Shown here one piece after another: positions 59,015 through 64,000 of a stretch of 64,000 bases of DNA; the stretch's first letter is position 1; each line of letters begins with the position of its first letter. Position numbers and translations under genes: made by a program. The stretch spans positions 1,408,001 to 1,472,000 of the forward strand of contig CAXXVS010000002.1 of the NCBI GenBank assembly GCA_963674755.2, in the 5' to 3' direction. The notes beneath the pieces are model-generated. The model saw nothing but the letters and a program-made list of their open reading frames with translations. It ran no database searches and was not told the DNA's origin. The stretch is from Desulfobacterales bacterium (GTDB taxonomy: Bacteria; Desulfobacterota; Desulfobacteria; Desulfobacterales; UBA5852).

Positions 59015-60115
59015 TTATTCCAGCGGAATGAGATGGCAGTGATGAGGGGCCACCTGCACACTGACCGACTCGCCGATATTGTAAATACGCGTGCGCATCA
59101 TGCTGATGACGTGAATCTCGCGCCCTCCCCCCAGTTCGATAAAGTAGCTTACCTCACCCCCCATGTAGCTGCGGTCCTTGATGCGGCCCTCGAAATGGTT
59201 CAACCCTTCGGTGGGTTTAAAGTCTTCCAAGGGAAAGGCATCGAAACGCTGGGCACGGACGATCATCTCCACAGCATCGCCTTTGGCAAAGTCCCCCTTT
59301 TTTTCGGCAAAGAGGACGTCGCCGGTTTCGATGCGCACGTCCAGATGGTCATCGCCCACATCCACCACTTCTCCCTTGATAAAGTTGGAATGGCCCAGGA
59401 AGTCGGCTACGAAATGGTTTTTAGGTTCGTTGTAGACCGCCTCGGGGGGGCCTTCCTGCTGTTTACGGCCGTTTTTCATGACCAGGATCTTGTCCGACAT
59501 GCTCAGGGCTTCGCGCTGGTCGTGGGTCACGAAGATCGTGGTGACGCCGATCATCTGCTGGAGATTGTCCACCTCGCGGCGCATCTCTTCCCGCAGGTTT
59601 TCGTCCAGGGCGGACAAAGGTTCGTCCATCAGGAGCACATCCGGCTCGATCACGATGGCCCGCGCCATGGCGATGCGCTGCTGCTGTCCGCCCGAAAGCT
59701 GGCTGGGCATGCGGTTTTCCACTCCGGGCAGACGCACCATCTCCAAGGCCCGGGTCACTTTGTCTTTAACCTCGCCCTTGGGGACGTCCCGGTACTTCAA
59801 ACCGAAAGCCACGTTGTCAAAAATGGTCTTGTGGGGGAACAGGGCATAGTTCTGAAAGATCATGCCCAGGTTGCGTTTGTGGATGGGCGTATCGTTGATC
59901 CGGACCCCTTTGATGAAGATGTCGCCTTCGGTGGGTTCCTCCAGACCGGCCACCATGCGCAGCAAGGTGGTCTTGCCGCATCCGGAAGGCCCCAGCAGGG
60001 TCACCAGGCTGCCCTCCTCGATATCGAAGTTCATCTTCTCCACGGCCGTAACACTGCCGAACCGCTTCATGATCCCCTTGAACTGCACCATCGGCTGTTT
60101 CTTGCCGCTCGCCAC
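59015..60115 (-). CDS. PotA-like ABC ATPase
   Basis: GPSGCGKT, LSGGQQQR, DEPLSALD, TOBE-like C-terminus. Confidence 0.93.
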   Translation of the reverse strand: MASGKKQPMVQFKGIMKRFGSVTAVEKMNFDIEEGSLVTLLGPSGCGKTTLLRMVAGLEEPTEGDIFIKGVRINDTPIHKRNLGMIFQNYALFPHKTIFDNVAFGLKYRDVPKGEVKDKVTRALEMVRLPGVENRMPSQLSGGQQQRIAMARAIVIEPDVLLMDEPLSALDENLREEMRREVDNLQQMIGVTTIFVTHDQREALSMSDKILVMKNGRKQQEGPPEAVYNEPKNHFVADFLGHSNFIKGEVVDVGDDHLDVRIETGDVLFAEKKGDFAKGDAVEMIVRAQRFDAFPLEDFKPTEGLNHFEGRIKDRSYMGGEVSYFIELGGGREIHVISMMRTRIYNIGESVSVQVAPHHCHLIPLE

Positions 60116-60141
60116 GATATCCTAACTCCCTTATGCGAATT

Positions 60142-60188
60142 GTAGGATGCCGGAGTTCAGCAATCCGTACGGAAGCTGAACTCCGGCA
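60142..60188 (+). repeat. GTAG-led perfect hairpin (REP-like)
   Basis: GTAGGA followed by TGCCGGAGTTCAGC / GCTGAACTCCGGCA 14-bp perfect stem. Confidence 0.55.
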
Positions 60189-60229
60189 ATGCTAAAATGT
60201 CTTCATCACCAAGCGTGAAAAATGCCACG

Positions 60230-60374
60230 ATGATGGTTTATAAGCGGTGGATTGCGGTTCGGGCCAAGGCCGCAGTGATGTTGGAACCGCAGACGTAGCA
60301 GCGCTACGTCGAGGATTCCAACATCGCGAGAACACCGGCCCGGGCCGCAAGACGCCGTTTAGAAACCATCATTA
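60230..60374. repeat. Long imperfect palindrome (MITE/ERIC-like family)
   Basis: ATGATGGTTT…AAACCATCAT termini; nested stems TGCGGTTCGGGCC/GGCCCGGGCCGCA, GATGTTGGAA/TTCCAACATC, GACGTAGC/GCTACGTC. Confidence 0.8.
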
Positions 60375-61535
60375 GCTGCCAGCCTTGATCCTATCCCACA
60401 TCTCCGTCCACTCCACCTGGTGGGCATTCCAGTAGGCCGGATCGGCGAAGAGATACCCTGCCAGTTTGCCGGTGGGATCGAACGAGGGCATCTTCTGGAT
60501 CTTTTCAGGCATCTTCACTTTGGTCGGATCCAGGCTGGGCGGATAATTCTGCGCTTCGGAGACGGCGATGGCGCAGTCGGGGGCCAGCATGAAATTGAGC
60601 AGTTGCTCGGCAACGGGCATATCGGAGCCTTTCAGCACGAAGAGATACTCCATCCAGGAATAGGTCCCCTTGGGCGAAAGATACCCGATGGGATGGCCTT
60701 CCTGCTGCAAAGCCGCCACGCGCCCGGACCAGGCCACGGTGGCGTAGATTTCTTCGTTGGCCAGCAGGCTCATCAGTTCGGCCCCGGAGGCCCAGTACTT
60801 TTTCATCAAGCCGCGTTGTTCGCGCAAAGCGGCCCAGATGGCTTTGAGGTCGGTCATGTTGTTGGGGCTCTGTCCGGTGTACAGGGCCGCGTACCACATA
60901 TTGGTGCGGAAATCGCCGCCCCAGCTGCCCAGCTTACCCTTCAGCTCTTTGTCCCACAGCAACGCAGCGCCTAGCTTTTCGGCCTTCTCTTTGCTGACAT
61001 GCTTGGTGTTGTAGGCAATGCCGGTCTGCCCCAGGTCATAAGGCACCGCCGAGAGGGTTCCCTTGGTGATGGCCCGCAGGGGTTTGATCATGGCCGGCAT
61101 GACGTTCTTCAAGTTGGGGATCTTGGCTTCGTCCAGCACGGAAGCAAATCCCAGTTCCGCGTAGCGGGCATAGTCGAACACCGCACTCAAATGGGCGATG
61201 TTGAACTCGCCGCCGGGCGGATAGGAGGCCTTGACCCGGGTCAGGAAGGAGTTCATGTCACCGAATTCACCGTCGATGACTTTGATTCCGGTGGCCTTGG
61301 TGAAAGGCTCGAAGGCATACTTGCGAAAGGCCTCTGATACGACCCCGCCCCACCCGTCGAAACGGATGGACTTGGCCGCCCAGGCATCCTTCACGGCGCC
61401 GGCGAAGGGTGAACCCACCAGGCCGAGGGAAGCACCGGCCAACCCAAGGTATTTGAGAAAACGGCGCCGGCTGATCATGCCATTGCGATACGCCTCATAT
61501 ACCCGATCCAGTTTGTCTTTCGTTACGATTGCCAT
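60372..61535 (-). CDS. PotD/PotF-like ABC substrate-binding protein with Tat signal
   Basis: SRRRFLK twin-arginine motif; GWGG, AWSGR; RBS AAGGAG. Confidence 0.9.
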   Translation of the reverse strand: MAIVTKDKLDRVYEAYRNGMISRRRFLKYLGLAGASLGLVGSPFAGAVKDAWAAKSIRFDGWGGVVSEAFRKYAFEPFTKATGIKVIDGEFGDMNSFLTRVKASYPPGGEFNIAHLSAVFDYARYAELGFASVLDEAKIPNLKNVMPAMIKPLRAITKGTLSAVPYDLGQTGIAYNTKHVSKEKAEKLGAALLWDKELKGKLGSWGGDFRTNMWYAALYTGQSPNNMTDLKAIWAALREQRGLMKKYWASGAELMSLLANEEIYATVAWSGRVAALQQEGHPIGYLSPKGTYSWMEYLFVLKGSDMPVAEQLLNFMLAPDCAIAVSEAQNYPPSLDPTKVKMPEKIQKMPSFDPTGKLAGYLFADPAYWNAHQVEWTEMWDRIKAGS

Positions 61536-61567
61536 GAGGGTGCTCCTTTCGGCAGATGGTTGAAATG

Positions 61568-62365
61568 TTATGGCTTTATCTTGGAAAATTTGCGCGACAG
61601 ATAGCCGGCCAGCAAAGGGGTCGTCACGGTCAGTACGATCATCACCGCTCCCAGGGCATTGATTTCCGGACTGATGGAATTGCGCAGCATGCTGAAAATC
61701 TTGACCGGAACGGTCTGGTTCTGGGCCGTGGCCCAGAAAAGCGTGGCCGTGATATCATCGAATGAAATCGTAAAGGAAAACAAAGCACCCGCTAAAATGG
61801 CCGGCAGCAGCAGCGGGAAAGTGATTTCCTTAAAGGTCTGAAACGGATTGGCCCCCAGCGATTTGGCCGCCTCTTCGTATTCCTTTTTGATCCCCACCAG
61901 CCGGGCCTGGACGATCAAAAGCACATAGGGCAGGGTCAGGACCACGTGCCCGATCAGCAGCAGCACGAAACTCTTGGGCTGCTGCAGCCAGCGTAGAAAA
62001 AGGAGCAGGGCTACGCCCAGGACCACCTCCGGTATCATGATGGGCGACAGTAGAAGGGTATTGATGGTGTTCTTGCCCGGAAACTCGAAGCGGATAAAGG
62101 CCAGGGCGGCCATGATGCCGATGCCGGTGGTAATGACGGCGGTCAACGATCCCAGGATGAGCGAATTCTGAAAAGCGTCGATGATGGAGGCGTTCTGGGC
62201 CAGCCGGATGAACCAGCGCAGACTGAAGCCTTCCATGGGGAAAATGCCGAACTGCTTCGGATTGAAGGCCAGCACGATCACCACCACGATCGGGGCGAAC
62301 ATGAAGACATAAACCAGAAAGGTGTACAGGCGTATCAGCGTCCATCCTATTGAAAACGACCGCAT
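61568..62365 (-). CDS. PotC-like ABC permease
   Basis: EEAAKSLGA, FTISFDD, PEINALG. Confidence 0.92.
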   Translation of the reverse strand: MRSFSIGWTLIRLYTFLVYVFMFAPIVVVIVLAFNPKQFGIFPMEGFSLRWFIRLAQNASIIDAFQNSLILGSLTAVITTGIGIMAALAFIRFEFPGKNTINTLLLSPIMIPEVVLGVALLLFLRWLQQPKSFVLLLIGHVVLTLPYVLLIVQARLVGIKKEYEEAAKSLGANPFQTFKEITFPLLLPAILAGALFSFTISFDDITATLFWATAQNQTVPVKIFSMLRNSISPEINALGAVMIVLTVTTPLLAGYLSRKFSKIKP

Positions 62366-62368
62366 GGC

Positions 62369-63235
62369 TCAATTCCCCTGGAAGCTTTTGAAGATCTGGT
62401 TGATGCCCAAGTAGCGGTTATAGGTCCAGACGATGACAAACAGCAGGGAGAGCAGAATCACACTGATGGCCGAACCGAAGGGCCAGTCCAGGGTGCCGAT
62501 CACCCGCTTGAAGATCAGATTGGCGATCATTTCGTTGCCCGGCCCGCCCAGGATCATGGGGGGCAGATAGGTGCCGGCCGTGAGCACGAAGACCAGCAGG
62601 CAGCCGGCGCTGACCCCCGGCAGGCTCAGGGGCAGGGTCACTTCGCGAAAGGCCTGCCACTCGGTGCAGCCCATACAGCGGGCGGCTTCCAGAAGGCTCT
62701 TGTCGATACCTTCCAGACTGACGTAGATGTTGAGCACCATGAAGGGCAGCAGGTACATGATCAGCCCCATGAGGACCGTGAATTCGTTGTAGAGCATTGA
62801 AATGGGCGTATCGATCAGGCCGATTTTGATCAGGAAGTGATTGATCAGACCGCTGTCCCCCATGATGTTGATCCAGCTCATGGTACGAATGATGAAACTG
62901 ACCCAGAAGGGCAGCATGATGAGCAGAAGATAAACCTGCCGGTAGCGGGAGCTGCTGCGGTAAAAGAAGTAGGCCGGGATGTAGCCCATGACGAGGCACA
63001 GGAAGACGGTCTCAAACGCGATGCGGATGGTGCGGATCAGAATACCGGGATAGAAGAAATCCGCGAAGAATTTGGCGTAATTGCCGAACTGGAAGGCCGG
63101 AATGTCCGCCCCGCTGGGGGCCCGCAGCCAGAAGCTGTAGACGATGACGAAACACACCGGTATCACCAGCAGCAGAAAAACAGCGCTCATGGACGGCGCC
63201 AAAAGCGCCCATGGTTTCCAGCCGTCCGATTTCAT
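62369..63235 (-). CDS. PotB-like ABC permease
   Basis: LPFWVSFIIR, LEAARCMG, DWPFGSA. Confidence 0.92.
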   Translation of the reverse strand: MKSDGWKPWALLAPSMSAVFLLLVIPVCFVIVYSFWLRAPSGADIPAFQFGNYAKFFADFFYPGILIRTIRIAFETVFLCLVMGYIPAYFFYRSSSRYRQVYLLLIMLPFWVSFIIRTMSWINIMGDSGLINHFLIKIGLIDTPISMLYNEFTVLMGLIMYLLPFMVLNIYVSLEGIDKSLLEAARCMGCTEWQAFREVTLPLSLPGVSAGCLLVFVLTAGTYLPPMILGGPGNEMIANLIFKRVIGTLDWPFGSAISVILLSLLFVIVWTYNRYLGINQIFKSFQGN

Positions 63236-63463
63236 GGGAGCCATCCCTGGTTGTATAATGGCGATATATAGTGGGTTATGAAAATGCTGCTCTCCCCTTT
63301 TTCGAATGGGCCCCGCGCGGTCACAATGACTTCCCATCCCATAGGCGCCGGAGTAGGCCAACGACTTGTCTCCGGTGGGTTAGGGCTGCGCTTCTAAGGG
63401 TTATCAACCTCCATAAAAACGTTCACAGCAACCGGCATCAGGACCGCCTGATGGGCCAGCGGT

Positions 63464-64000
63464 CTAACGGGTGTTTTGCTCCGGGGGCAAAAGCGCCGAC
63501 AGCGTGCGGGCCGTATCCCTGATCATGTCGGCATAACGGGTCATGATCTCCGGGGCGCTCTGCTGCAAAACGGAAAAATCAAAGGAAACCGCCCCTACGC
63601 CTCTGCCGCTCACGGAATCGCGCAGGGCCGCGCCAATGGCCAGAAGGCCGGGCAGCAATTCTTCCACGCACATGGAAAACTGGCGATCCCGCGTCAGCCG
63701 CAATTCGGCATGCAATCGCTCCCGGTCCGTAATGGTTTGGGCCGTACGCGCCACGAGCGGCATGGATGCAAGCTTTTCCGTTAGCTGCTCTTCGCTGAGG
63801 CTGGCCAGATAGGCCTTGCCCAGGGCCGTATTGTGCAGGCAGTTGCGGGCCACATCCGGCAGGCGGTAGGTCAGCGTCTCCTCCGCCTCACAATGGTAGA
63901 TACGCACCAGGGCATCGTTCACCACGAACGCCAGATCGATGCTGATGTTATTTTCACGGTGAATCCGGTCCACGACCTCCCTGATCATCTCCAGATGATC
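63464..64000 (-). CDS. IclR-family transcriptional regulator (partial; 5' end outside window)
   Basis: C-terminal effector domain LHNTALGKAYLA…TAQTITD…LLAIGAAL. Confidence 0.85.
   Translation of the reverse strand, partial: DHLEMIREVVDRIHRENNISIDLAFVVNDALVRIYHCEAEETLTYRLPDVARNCLHNTALGKAYLASLSEEQLTEKLASMPLVARTAQTITDRERLHAELRLTRDRQFSMCVEELLPGLLAIGAALRDSVSGRGVGAVSFDFSVLQQSAPEIMTRYADMIRDTARTLSALLPPEQNTR

Noticed and set aside
1..64000. CRISPR array, tRNA, rRNA, tmRNA, integrase or transposase
   Set aside because: No regularly spaced repeats with unique spacers, no recognisable structural RNA gene, and no recombinase/transposase motifs were seen by eye.

Overview
GC-rich chromosomal window from an anaerobic deltaproteobacterium; the gene content (HdrA/MvhD/MetVF, sigma54 systems, Fe-S proteins) suggests a Desulfobacterales-type sulfate reducer, which is an inference. 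No rRNA, tRNA, CRISPR array, integrase or transposase was recognised. The most notable locus is a sigma54-driven cluster at about 14.5-28.4 kb. It contains a Cys-rich PAS enhancer-binding protein transcribed divergently from a perfect -24/-12 promoter, then a TusA-like protein lacking the CP-motif cysteine, an HdrD/DsrK-like CCG protein split by an in-frame UGA with a SECIS-like hairpin (probable selenoprotein missed by the ORF track), a MetF paralog lacking folate-binding residues, a 1007-aa HdrA, MvhD, MetV, canonical MetF, a receiver protein, two ACT-like proteins and two histidine kinases. Other highlights are a secreted acidic protein frameshifted at a G8 tract just after its signal peptide, three families of intergenic repeats (TA-flanked ERIC/MITE-like palindromes, 9-mer-armed and 6-mer-armed inverted repeats), and an IclR/ABC/proline-racemase/amidohydrolase/aminotransferase catabolic operon. 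The rest is housekeeping or ordinary accessory content (maeB, opp/dpp ABC, purB, pepF, pepD, nhaA, lytic transglycosylases). All assignments come from reading motifs by eye; no database searches were run.
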